Part shown: piece by piece, positions 6,691 to 15,088 of the stretch
How the letters are laid out: each line of letters opens with the position of its first letter
How positions within the stretch are numbered: position 1 is the first letter of the stretch
Position numbers and translations under genes: made by a program
From: Comamonadaceae bacterium
GTDB taxonomy: Bacteria > Pseudomonadota > Gammaproteobacteria > Burkholderiales > Burkholderiaceae_C
Length of the DNA stretch: 32,532 bases
Reading direction: 5' to 3'
Assembly (NCBI GenBank): GCA_043758475.1
Contig: JAYVNK010000315.1
Coordinates: 1 to 32,532 of the forward strand
Notes under the pieces: model-generated
What the model saw: only the letters and a program-made list of their open reading frames with translations
Told to the model about the DNA's origin: nothing
The model's database searches: none

Positions 6691-6823
6691 AAGGTCTGAC
6701 GCCAATGCGGGCTTATGCTCAGTGTCCGGGCCTGCGTTTCACGGGCATACTTGCGACCATGCGGCGCTTTGACCAACACCTATGGACTTAGCTCTGGATT
6801 TCAAGGAAGCGGTGTCCCAGTCC

Positions 6824-7225
6824 ATGTCTCAGCTCAAGACCTATATCGTCGAGGACAGCCCGGTCATTCGCGAAAGCCTCATCGCCACGCTGGAAGAGCT
6901 GGTGCCGGTTGACGTGGTTGGCACGGCCGAGGACGAGTTGACTGCCGTTCAATGGCTGGCGCAGCCGCAGAACAGGTGCGACCTGGTGATCGTCGATATT
7001 TTCCTCAAGGCGGGCTCAGGCCTGGGCGTGCTGCGGGCTGCCAGCGAGGCACCACACCACTACAGCATGGTGGTGCTGAGCAACTATGCCACCAAAGACA
7101 TGCGCCGCAAATGCATGGAGCTGGGGGCAGACCGCGTGTTTGACAAGTCCAACGAAATTGATGCGCTGATTCTCTACTGCGGCCGACTCGCCGCCGGAGA
7201 TACCGGCCATGGCCCGCTGGCTTGA
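6824..7225 (+). CDS. single-domain response regulator (CheY-like receiver)
   Basis: MSQLKTYIVEDSPVIRESL... with the phospho-acceptor context DLVIVDIFL and no output domain. AAGGAAG lies upstream of ATG 6824. Confidence 0.85.
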   Translation: MSQLKTYIVEDSPVIRESLIATLEELVPVDVVGTAEDELTAVQWLAQPQNRCDLVIVDIFLKAGSGLGVLRAASEAPHHYSMVVLSNYATKDMRRKCMELGADRVFDKSNEIDALILYCGRLAAGDTGHGPLA

Positions 7226-7240
7226 CCGTGCACCCGGTGC

Positions 7241-7873
7241 CTACTGGATCAGGCCATTCTTCAGGCAGTAGTAGGTCAGGTCACTGTTAGATTCGAGCTT
7301 CATCTTCTCCATCACCCGGGTGCGGTACGTGCTGACCGTTTTAACGCTCAACGACATGCTGACAGCCATGTTGCCAATGGTCTCGCCTTTGGCCAGGCGC
7401 AGGAAGACTTGCAGCTCGCGCTCGGACAGGTGCTCATGAAGCGGCTTGTCGCCACCGTCAATCAAGCCGTCGGCCAGGCGCTCGGCCACCCCGGCCGTGA
7501 TGTACTTGCGACCGCGGTGCACGGTGCGGATGGCCTTGACGATTTCTTCCGGGTCGCAATCCTTGTTGAGGTAGCCGCTGGCACCCTGGCGCAGCAGCGT
7601 GGTGGCGTAATGCTCTTCCGGGAAACCGCTCAAAATCAGCACCGGCAAATCGGGCGCGCGCGCCTTGATGGCAGCCAGCGCGTCAACGCCGCTGTGCCCA
7701 GGCATCGAGATGTCCATCAGGATGACATCCACGTCGCCTTTGCGCACAATGTCCAGTGCGGCCTTGCCGTTGGAGGCTTCGCCCACCACGACAAAATCAA
7801 TCTGGTCGGCAAAAAACTGGCGCAGCCCGGCACGCACCATGGCGTGGTCGTCAACAATCGCAATTCGAATCAT
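7241..7873 (-). CDS. NarL/FixJ (LuxR-type HTH) response regulator
   Basis: MIRIAIVDDHAMVRAGL..DVILMDISMPG receiver domain plus C-terminal LSERELQVFLRLAKGETIGNMAVSMSLSVKTVSTYR HTH. ATG at 7873 has GGAGGG upstream. Confidence 0.9.
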   Translation of the reverse strand: MIRIAIVDDHAMVRAGLRQFFADQIDFVVVGEASNGKAALDIVRKGDVDVILMDISMPGHSGVDALAAIKARAPDLPVLILSGFPEEHYATTLLRQGASGYLNKDCDPEEIVKAIRTVHRGRKYITAGVAERLADGLIDGGDKPLHEHLSERELQVFLRLAKGETIGNMAVSMSLSVKTVSTYRTRVMEKMKLESNSDLTYYCLKNGLIQ

Positions 7874-7944
7874 GGTGTTATGCAGCCCTCCGGCCCAAAT
7901 CATCCCACATTTTGCCGCGCCGCATTTCTGAACAGAAGCTGAAA

Positions 7945-9327
7945 ATGGATTTCTTCAGGGTCGCCAAACGAAACCGGTTCATTCTGGTGCTGGCCGTTGT
8001 CGCGGCGCTTGCCACGGTGCTCATTAGTGAAGCGTCTTACTGGCGATCCGTGGACCGGCTGGACAAAATCGGGGAGATGGCGCTAGCCCGCCTGAACATC
8101 CAGCGCCTGGAGCGCAGCCTGCTGGATGCCGAAACCGGCCAGCGCGGCTACTTGCTGACCAGCCGCAAGGAGTATCTGGAGCCCTATGGAAAAGCGCTGA
8201 CAAACGTCCAGGAATACTTCAAGCAACTGGATGCCTATTACGGCGCCGAAGCATTGCCCAAAGCCACACTGCTGAAAATGCACTCGCTGGTGGACACCAA
8301 GCTGTCGGAACTGGCGCTGACCCTAACGCTGTACGACCAGGGCAAGACGGTTGCCATGACGGAGGTCATCATGAGCGGTATCGGCAAGGAGCACATGGAC
8401 GGCTTCCGCGCTCTGGCCGCCGATCTGCTCAACCTGGAATCCGACCGGGTAGCGGCAGGCCGGCAGGACATCTACTACATGCTGATGCTGGGCCGCATTG
8501 GTGTCGCGCTGCTGACCACGCTGAGCCTGCTGGCGCTGTTCATGTACCTGCGCAAGCGCTTTGCCCATGAGACGTTCTTGGTCGAGCAGCAGCGCATGGT
8601 GCAGGCAGAGCGTGACCGGCTTGAGGCCGAGGTGATTGAGCGCACCGCGCTGCTGACCCAGTTGGCCAACCACCTGCACACTGCGCGCGAAGACGAACGC
8701 AGCCGCCTGGCGCGCAACCTGCATGACGATCTGGGCGCACTGCTCACGTCAGCCAAGCTGGACGCCGCGCGCATCAGGTCGCGGCTGGGCGACACCACGC
8801 CCGAAGCGTCCAAACTGCTGGTGCACCTGGTGGAGAACCTCAACAGCAGCATTGCGCTGGGCCGGCGCATCATTGAAGACCTGCGCCCTTCGGCGTTGAG
8901 CAACTTGGGCCTGCTGGCCACACTGGAGATCATGGCGGCTGAGTTCGCCGAACAATCGGGCATTGAGGTGCATTGCCTGCTTGAGGCCGTGCCGCTCAAG
9001 CCCACGACCGAGCTGATGGTCTACCGGCTGGTGCAGGAAGCCATCACCAACATCAGCAAGTACGCCCAGGCCAGCCATGTGTGGATCACCCTGGCCAACC
9101 ATGCCACGCAGGTCGAAGTGTCGGTGCGCGATGATGGCATCGGCTTTGACACCGGTGTCAAGCGAAGCTTTGCGCACGGCTTGCTGGGCATGCGCTTTCG
9201 GGTGGAGGCCGAGGGCGGCACGCTGGCCGTCGTTTCAACGCCGGGCAAGGGGACCCTGGTCCGCGTATCGCTGGTCAAGCCAGCGCTGGATGCGCCGCTG
9301 GCGGACAAGGCGCAGACTGCTTCCTGA
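7945..9327 (+). CDS. CHASE3-domain sensor histidine kinase (HisKA_3/NarX-type)
   Basis: N-terminal TM segment followed by a CHASE3-like signature ([20 protein letters not shown]). Second TM, H-box [17 protein letters not shown], and HATPase_c motifs ([14 protein letters not shown]). Divergent from the NarL-type regulator across a 71-bp spacer. Confidence 0.9.
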   Translation: MDFFRVAKRNRFILVLAVVAALATVLISEASYWRSVDRLDKIGEMALARLNIQRLERSLLDAETGQRGYLLTSRKEYLEPYGKALTNVQEYFKQLDAYYGAEALPKATLLKMHSLVDTKLSELALTLTLYDQGKTVAMTEVIMSGIGKEHMDGFRALAADLLNLESDRVAAGRQDIYYMLMLGRIGVALLTTLSLLALFMYLRKRFAHETFLVEQQRMVQAERDRLEAEVIERTALLTQLANHLHTAREDERSRLARNLHDDLGALLTSAKLDAARIRSRLGDTTPEASKLLVHLVENLNSSIALGRRIIEDLRPSALSNLGLLATLEIMAAEFAEQSGIEVHCLLEAVPLKPTTELMVYRLVQEAITNISKYAQASHVWITLANHATQVEVSVRDDGIGFDTGVKRSFAHGLLGMRFRVEAEGGTLAVVSTPGKGTLVRVSLVKPALDAPLADKAQTAS

Positions 9328-9456
9328 GGCGCCTGTCGGCGGCTTCCTACGCGGGCACGCCCGCTTGCCTGACAGCAGCGCGGCAGCCCAGCCTATCGCT
9401 ACTCACAGCCGCTGGATCGACACTCCATCCATCGCAGCCCAACACGTTGCGAAGAT

Positions 9457-9492
9457 AAAAACCCGGGCGAATCTCCGACCGGGTTTGTTTAT
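9457..9492 (+). terminator. hairpin plus T-rich tail, about 130 nt after the kinase stop
   Basis: ACCCGG (9461..9466) / CCGGGT (9479..9484) with a 12-nt loop, followed by TTGTTTAT. Confidence 0.45.
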
Positions 9493-9511
9493 CAAAAAAC
9501 AGGAGTTCGCC

Positions 9512-9676
9512 ATGCTGCACTACGCCGTTGTATTTTTTGTCATTGCATTGATCGCCGCTGTGTTCGGTTTTGGTGGCATTGCCGCCAGCGCCGTGGGCAT
9601 TGGCAAGATTCTCTTCATCGTGTTTGCGATTCTGGCGGTTGCCAGTTTCCTGTACGGGCTGATCCGGAAAAGCTAG
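9512..9676 (+). CDS. DUF1328 (UPF0391/YtjA-like) small membrane protein
   Basis: 54 aa, [59 protein letters not shown] lies 6 nt upstream. Confidence 0.85.
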   Translation: MLHYAVVFFVIALIAAVFGFGGIAASAVGIGKILFIVFAILAVASFLYGLIRKS

Positions 9677-9749
9677 GGCTGTCTGCAGGCCTTTCCTACT
9701 CCGCACTTCCCGCTTATCATTCAGTCAATCTTCAATTTAAAGGAACATC

Positions 9750-10130
9750 ATGATCACCAACACCCTCACCGGCCAATCCAACGCCTTGACTGATCGCGCG
9801 GCCCAATCTGCCGACAGCGCCATCAAGTCAACCCAGAGCGTTGCGAACGACGCATTCGACAGCCTGAGCGGCACCGTCAAGGACATCCGCGACCAGGCCG
9901 CGCCCATGGTCAACCGCGCGGCCGAGCAGGCCAGCGCCCTGGCCCATCGTGGCGCAGACGCGGTGCGCGAAAGCTCGCGCCAGTTGCGCGAGCGCGCCGC
10001 GCAAGCATCTGACACCACGGTCAGTTACATCAAGGACGAGCCCGTCAAATCCATCCTGATCGCCGCCGCCACCGGCGCTGCGCTGATGGGCCTGGTCAGC
10101 ATGATGGGCCGTTCGCGCGGTCGCGATTGA
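9750..10130 (+). CDS. DUF883 (ElaB/YqjD/YgaM-type) membrane-anchored stress protein
   Basis: 126 aa. Ala/Gln/Ser-rich helical N-terminus and the characteristic C-terminal IKDEPVKSILIAAATGAALMGLV anchor. Confidence 0.85.
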   Translation: MITNTLTGQSNALTDRAAQSADSAIKSTQSVANDAFDSLSGTVKDIRDQAAPMVNRAAEQASALAHRGADAVRESSRQLRERAAQASDTTVSYIKDEPVKSILIAAATGAALMGLVSMMGRSRGRD

Positions 10131-10187
10131 CCCTCCCCATCCACCTCTGATCGCGGCAGATCACGCCGACCTGGAACGCCACCCGCC

Positions 10188-10571
10188 ATGCTGCACCCTC
10201 TCTTACACCTGATTGCAACCAAGCCGCAACTGCTGGCCGACCACGCGCAGGCGTATGCCGAGCTGGCCGCCGTTGAAGTGGGGGAGTTTTCAGCCGCCTG
10301 GCGGCGTCGCGCTGTTTTTTTTGCAGTGGCGGCGTTTTTCATGGGACTGGCGGTGGTGCTGGCTGGTGTGGCGGTGATGCTGTGGTCAGTGGTTCCAGTA
10401 GCACAGATGCAGGCTCCGTGGGCCTTGGTCGCCGTGCCGCTGGCATTGGGTGGGATCGGCGCAGTTTGCCTGATGGCGGGCCGCTCCCAGACCCCGGCGA
10501 GCGCGTTTGCCACCTTGCGCGAGCAGGTGAAGGCCGACTTGCTGATGTTGCGTCAAGTGGTTGCGCCATGA
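10188..10571 (+). CDS. YqjE-like (phage-holin-family/DUF1469) inner-membrane protein
   Basis: 127 aa with two long hydrophobic segments. It occupies the position directly after a DUF883 gene, as in the yqjD-yqjE-yqjK arrangement. Confidence 0.65.
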   Translation: MLHPLLHLIATKPQLLADHAQAYAELAAVEVGEFSAAWRRRAVFFAVAAFFMGLAVVLAGVAVMLWSVVPVAQMQAPWALVAVPLALGGIGAVCLMAGRSQTPASAFATLREQVKADLLMLRQVVAP

Positions 10572-11083
10572 ACGAATTGATTATTGTGGTTGACCGGCTG
10601 GCCGAGTCTCGAGCGCGCCTGCGCTTGGCAATGGAAGCCATTGCCAAGCCCACGCAGCGGGCGTCGGCCGGAGATTCAGGTTCTTTTTTCGGCGCAACGG
10701 GTACGGCGTGGCTGGAAAGTTTGAAATCCGTCCCTGGTGTCAGCATCATTGTTGAGGCTGTCAGCAGCTGGTGGATGCGCCATCCGCTGCGCTTGGCCAG
10801 TGGTGTGGCCGCTGATGCAGCCCGCGCTGCGCTGCAGCCCGTAGCACAGAAAAATCCAGTGGTACTGGTGCTGGGTGCGCTCGTATTGGGTGCCGTCATT
10901 GTCGGGACGCGCCCTTGGCGCTGGATCGCCAGGCCGGCGCTGCTGGCCGGGCTGTTCCCGCAAGTGCTGTCCAAAGTGATCGCACATGCGCCCGTGAGTT
11001 CCTGGATGTCGGTTTTGTCCTCACTGGCCGACGGCCATCGCAAGCCAGATCGACAGCCAGATCGAACTGCCAGCGCACCGTGA
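10568..11083 (+). CDS. YqjK-like / hypothetical membrane protein
   Basis: ATG 10568 overlaps the preceding stop (ATGA). N-terminal coiled segment LAESRARLRLAMEAI plus a hydrophobic core. Third position of the DUF883 cluster. Confidence 0.55.
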   Translation: MNELIIVVDRLAESRARLRLAMEAIAKPTQRASAGDSGSFFGATGTAWLESLKSVPGVSIIVEAVSSWWMRHPLRLASGVAADAARAALQPVAQKNPVVLVLGALVLGAVIVGTRPWRWIARPALLAGLFPQVLSKVIAHAPVSSWMSVLSSLADGHRKPDRQPDRTASAP

Positions 11084-11086
11084 ACC

Positions 11087-11120
11087 AAGGCCCTTCAGCA
11101 GCAAGCTGGAGGGGCCTTTG
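11087..11120. terminator. hairpin between convergent genes
   Basis: AAGGCCCTTCAGC (11087..11099) / GCTGGAGGGGCCTT (11105..11118) with a 5-nt loop, then TTTG. One bulge or mismatch. Confidence 0.5.
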
Positions 11121-11126
11121 CACTGG

Positions 11127-11425
11127 CTAACTGAGGAATTGAAGCAGGTCCAGAGTCAGCCGGTTTTTCTCGGTGGCAAACAGTCCGTGCGGCGCGCCGT
11201 CGTACTCGATTAGCGTGGATTGTGCAATGCCGTGGGCAGCAGCCCGGCCCGCTGCGTCGATTGGCACGGTTTTGTCGTCGGTGCCATGGCGCTGGCCGGG
11301 CGGCCTGCCACGGGCTCTGGGGTTTGGGCGGGGACCCAAGCGGGGACGATCGCCGCTACGACAAACAGGATCGACCGGCTGATGGTCTTGCACCCGCCAG
11401 CTTTCAACCGCGCCAACTTTCGCAT
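11127..11425 (-). pseudogene. alpha/beta-hydrolase remnant (signal peptide plus C-terminal ~51 aa only)
   Basis: The C-terminal stretch HGTDDKTVPIDAAGRAAAHGIAQSTLIEYDGAPHGLFATEKNRLTLDLLQFLS is typical of the last strand and catalytic His region of alpha/beta hydrolases. A signal-peptide-like MRKLARLK..ILFVVAAIVPAWVPAQ is in another frame. The nucleophile-elbow core is absent. Confidence 0.55.
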
Positions 11426-11451
11426 CCACCCTTGCCAGCCGACAATTCGCA

Positions 11452-13022
11452 TCAAGGTGCCTTCCACGCGTTCACGCCGCGCTCTTTATCCACGGTGTAA
11501 AAGCTGTCCGCCGCCACGGATTGCCATGGCCCCCAGGTGCCATGCGGCCACTGCACGCGCACGCGGGCGGCCTGCGCGGCACCCAGTCCAAAATGCATCC
11601 ACCCCAAGTGCCCGCTGGCATGCCCGCCACCCACCGTCAGCTCCTGGCGAATCACGCGTTTACCCATGGCGTCGCCCAAGTCCACCTCCACCCACGCGCC
11701 CACAGCGTCGCGGTTGGCCCCGGCCTGCTTCAGGCGCAGTTGCAGCCAGTGGCCCATGGGCAGCGGCTTGTCTGCCGTGCCTGCGCCCACGTTGCGCCAG
11801 ACTTGCGCCTTGTCCCATCGGTTCACCACCAGCATGTCCAGCAGGCCATCGCCGTTCAAGTCGGCAAGCATGCCGCCGCGCCCGCGCTGGACGCTGGCAA
11901 TGCCGGCCTGCTGGCCCGCCTCCACAAAGCGGCTATCGGCTTGCTGCAACAGCAGGTTGTTGGGGTCCAGCGCGGCAAAATCGGGCATGCTTGAAATGTT
12001 GCCCTTGACGATGAAAAGATCGGCATAGCCATCGTGGTTGACATCGGCAAACTGCGCGTGCCAGGCGGTGGACGGGTGCAAGTCGCCCCCCACGTAAGGG
12101 CGGTGCGCGGTGACGCCGCGTTTGAAGGCAACATCGACACAGGTGGGCTGGGCCGATGGCGAAGATGCCGCGACAGGTGCCTCCCGCTTTTGCAGCTTGT
12201 TGTCAGACATGCTGGTCAAAAACACCTGCGGGAGGCCATCGCCATCCAGGTCGTGGCTGCAATGCCCATGCCCCAGATTTGCAGCGGCTTCCAGCCCTGC
12301 GCTGCCGTGTAGAGCACAGGCGGCGCTGCGGGCGGCAGCTTCCACAGTTGCTCCTGCCCGCCCTTGTAGTACTCGCGGTCATTGCTCCCGCGCAGGTCTG
12401 CCACGCCGGTAGGGCTTCAATCCCAGAACAGCATCGACAGCGCGCAGTGGCCCGGCACCAACGGCGCCGGCGGCGCGAAGGCTTTGCCCGCTCTCCCACG
12501 TGGCCGAAAACGCGGTGTGCCAGCCGTTGCTGGTCTGCACCGACCATGCCTCATTGGCGCGCTGGAACTTGCAGCCGCCCAAGCCGCGAAAAATCTGCAC
12601 TTCACCTACGCGCAGCACCACCAGGGCGGTATGGCCATCGCCATCAATGTCCAGCGGGAGGCCCCAATCGCGTTGGTCAGCTCCAGCCCTGAGCGCTCCT
12701 CCGCCAGCTTGATCGGCCCGCCGCGCGTGCTGCGGTTGCGGTAAAACTTGGCCTGGTTGACACCGGCGGTGACGTACACCTCGGGTAGGCCATCGCCATC
12801 GCCATCGCAGTCGAACGTCGCCACGCCGCCGCCCACCAAAAATTCGCCTTCGCCTTCAAAGCGGCTTTGCAGCCCGGCGGCATCGGTCTCCTCTATGAAA
12901 CGGGGAATGGCAGGCGCGGGCGCATCGGCAGCGATGGCAACGGCCTGGAGGGCGAGCGTGATGCATGCCGCTGATTTGACAAGGCTGAACGCCATAAGCC
13001 CGGCTGCCCTTTTGTGGCCCAA
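11452..13022 (-). pseudogene. CRTAC1/ASPIC-UnbV family FG-GAP repeat protein, multiply frameshifted
   Basis: Collinear pieces lie in different frames. ORF 12606..13022 has the signal peptide and FDCDGDGDGLPEVYV. ORF 12379..12621 has GEVQIFRGLGGCKFQRANEAWSV. ORF 12216..12404 is the next piece. ORF 11452..12345 has DLDGDGLPQVF, DVNHDGYADLF, DLNGDGLLDMLVVNRW and a UnbV-like C-terminus AWVEVDLG..VGGGHASG. Confidence 0.75.
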
Positions 13023-13035
13023 CGCCGCTACGCTG

Positions 13036-14082
13036 TTACGCCGCTTCTTTGTAGAAAAACGTCTTCTGCAGCGACCGCGCAGCCAGCGGCCTCACGGCCT
13101 GGCCAATGGCCGCAATGTGCTCGGGCGTGGTGCCGCAGCAGCCGCCCACAATGTTCACCAGTCCCTCGGCGGCAAACTCCTTGATGAGGCGAGAGGTGAC
13201 TTCGGGCGTCTCATCAAACCCGGTCTCGGCCATCGGGTTGGGCAGGCCCGCATTGGGGTAGCAACTGATGAAAGTGTCAGGTGCGACGCGGCTCAGCTCC
13301 TGGATGTAAGGCCGCATCAGCGCCGCACCCAGCGCGCAGTTCAGGCCCACGGCCAGCGGCTCTGCATGGCGCACGCTGTACCAGAACGCGGTGACGGTCT
13401 GACCGCTCAAGATGCGGCCCGACGCGTCGGTGACCGTACCGCTGATGATCAACGGCAGGCGCTCGCCCGAGGCTTCAAAAAATTCTTCAATTGCAAACAG
13501 CGCGGCCTTGGCGTTGAGCGTGTCAAAAATGGTCTCGACCAGCAGCACATCACTGCCGCCCTGCACCAGCGCTTCCACCTGCTCGTAGTAAGCCGCACGC
13601 AGCACCTCAAACGTCACGTTGCGCGCGCCGGGGTCATTCACATCGGGACTGATGCTGGCCGTCTTGGGCGTGGGGCCGAGGGCGCCGACCACAAAGCGCG
13701 GTTTGTCAGGCGTGGAAAATTTGTCGCACGCCGCGCGGGCAATTTTGGCGGACTCCAGATTCATCTCGCGCGCCAGATCGGCCATGCCGTAGTCGGCCTG
13801 CGCCACGCTGGTCGCGCCAAAGGTGTTGGTCTCAATCAGGTCAGCGCCGGCCGCCAGATAGCCCTCATGAATGTCACGGATCACGTCGGGCCGCGTGAGG
13901 CTTAGCAACTCGTTGTTGCCCTTCACGTCTTTCGAAAAATCTTTGAAGCGCTCCCCCCGGTACTGCGACTCATCCAGCCGAAACCGCTGGATCATCGTAC
14001 CCATGGCCCCATCCAGAATGGCAATCCGCTTGGCCAGAATGCCCGGCAGGGCCTGGCCGCGTGTGTAGTGAATCGGTTTCAT
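13036..14082 (-). CDS. homocysteine S-methyltransferase domain protein (stand-alone N-terminal module of B12-dependent methionine synthase)
   Basis: 348 aa from ATG 14082. [27 protein letters not shown] and the C-terminal [11 protein letters not shown] zinc/Hcy-binding motif are present. No pterin or B12 modules follow in this ORF. Confidence 0.85.
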   Translation of the reverse strand: MKPIHYTRGQALPGILAKRIAILDGAMGTMIQRFRLDESQYRGERFKDFSKDVKGNNELLSLTRPDVIRDIHEGYLAAGADLIETNTFGATSVAQADYGMADLAREMNLESAKIARAACDKFSTPDKPRFVVGALGPTPKTASISPDVNDPGARNVTFEVLRAAYYEQVEALVQGGSDVLLVETIFDTLNAKAALFAIEEFFEASGERLPLIISGTVTDASGRILSGQTVTAFWYSVRHAEPLAVGLNCALGAALMRPYIQELSRVAPDTFISCYPNAGLPNPMAETGFDETPEVTSRLIKEFAAEGLVNIVGGCCGTTPEHIAAIGQAVRPLAARSLQKTFFYKEAA

Positions 14083-14235
14083 GGAGGGATTGTAGAAACT
14101 TCGGGGTCGATTGGGAGGGCTGGATTTCAACGGAGTACGGTTGCGAGAGCGCGGCACCACTTTTATCGGCGCCGAAAGCCGCGTCCGAACGCTGAGCTGC
14201 CAGTTTAATTGATTGGGGAAAATAGCACCAAATAA

Positions 14236-14252
14236 GGTATAATTTTTATACC
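14236..14252. promoter_or_regulatory. perfect palindrome GGTATAA-TTT-TTATACC abutting the brnT start, overlapping a TATAAT hexamer
   Basis: Read directly from the sequence. 14236..14242 is the exact reverse complement of 14246..14252. TATAAT is at 14238..14243 and the GTG start at 14253. Confidence 0.5.
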
Positions 14253-14516
14253 GTGAGCCCATTTGAATTTGACGCTGCAAAAAGTGAATCTAACAGGACA
14301 AAGCACTGCATAGATTTCGTGGAAGCGCAGCGTCTCTGGGATGACCCCATGCTGCTTGAGGTACCGGCAAAAACTGAGGATGAACCCCGGTGTTTGGTGA
14401 TCGGACTCATTGACGGCAAATATGGGTCAGCCGTCATTACCTACCGGGGCACCAATATTCGATTGATTTCCGTTCGTCGCGCACGCACAGAAGAGGTGGC
14501 ACTGTATGAAAGCTAA
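14253..14516 (+). CDS. brnT: BrnT-family (DUF497) type II toxin
   Basis: 87 aa, GTG start. [28 protein letters not shown]...[12 protein letters not shown] matches the BrnT/DUF497 pattern. Overlaps the downstream antitoxin gene by 11 nt. Confidence 0.8.
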   Translation: MSPFEFDAAKSESNRTKHCIDFVEAQRLWDDPMLLEVPAKTEDEPRCLVIGLIDGKYGSAVITYRGTNIRLISVRRARTEEVALYES

Positions 14517-14775
14517 AAAGTTTGAGCAACTGTTTGATGATAGTGTTGACCTCACGGCTGCTTTGGACTTGTCCAAGGTAAAGCGCGTGTTGCAGGGGCA
14601 GAAACGGGTGAATGTTGACTTTCCAACCTGGATGATTGACTCCCTGGACCGCGAAGCCAGCAAACTGGGTGTTACGCGTCAGTCGGTGATCAAGGTGTGG
14701 CTTGCTGAGCGCCTTGAAGCTACGGCCTCCAGCATGCCGTTTCAGCGGATCCGCGCTGGATCTGCGAAGCGCTGA
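14506..14775 (+). CDS. brnA: BrnA-family (CopG/RHH-like) antitoxin
   Basis: 89 aa. KRVNVDFPTWMIDSLDREASKLGVTRQSVIKVWLAERL is the characteristic BrnA C-terminal ribbon-helix-helix region. Gene order is toxin first, as in BrnTA. Confidence 0.8.
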   Translation: MKAKKFEQLFDDSVDLTAALDLSKVKRVLQGQKRVNVDFPTWMIDSLDREASKLGVTRQSVIKVWLAERLEATASSMPFQRIRAGSAKR

Positions 14776-14936
14776 ATTTTTTTGTTCTGATGTGGCTTGC
14801 CAAGCGGTTTAAAGCGACCCGCACCGGTGCAGCCCAGCGGCAAACATCAGACAGCTTTGAGTGGGCTCGCTGCGGACCGTGCCGCGTCATTCTTTTTCGG
14901 GTCATCCTATTCCGTTTATTTTTGTGATTTTAAAAT

Positions 14937-14991
14937 TAAAACGGCCTGTAACCATCTTCCAATATACATAGTATGCTATAGTATTTAAATT
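14937..14991 (+). repeat. AT-rich dispersed repeat, divergent copy R6
   Basis: AAAACGGCCTGTAACCATCTTCCAATATACATAGTATGCTATAGTATTTAAATT aligns with R1 (GCCCTGTAGCC..CTATAGTGCAT..GCTAT..TTTA). Confidence 0.6.
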
Positions 14992-15088
14992 TTGTGGCTG
15001 ACAATTATTATTGAGCGTCTGTCGGTCTACTCCCAACCGACGTGATCGTATACCCTGCGTAACGCCATTCAAAACCGCTCAAAAACCA

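Noticed and set aside
6621-9355. 11-mer TCCTACGCGGG occurring three times (6621, inverted at 6680, and 9345), bracketing the two-component genes
   Set aside because: A rough estimate suggests that a few 11-mer triples are expected by chance in 32 kb on both strands, more so in GC-biased DNA. Only the close inverted pair 6621/6680 is retained, as a structural feature.
14083-14235. Possible SAH or SAM riboswitch in the metH-N leader (minus strand)
   Set aside because: I found a GGCGCC...GGUGCC hairpin. The conserved SAH-riboswitch elements as I remember them (AGGAGCGCUGC ... GGCUCGG ... AACGGCGCUC pairing) are not present. A covariance-model scan (Rfam) would be needed to revisit this.
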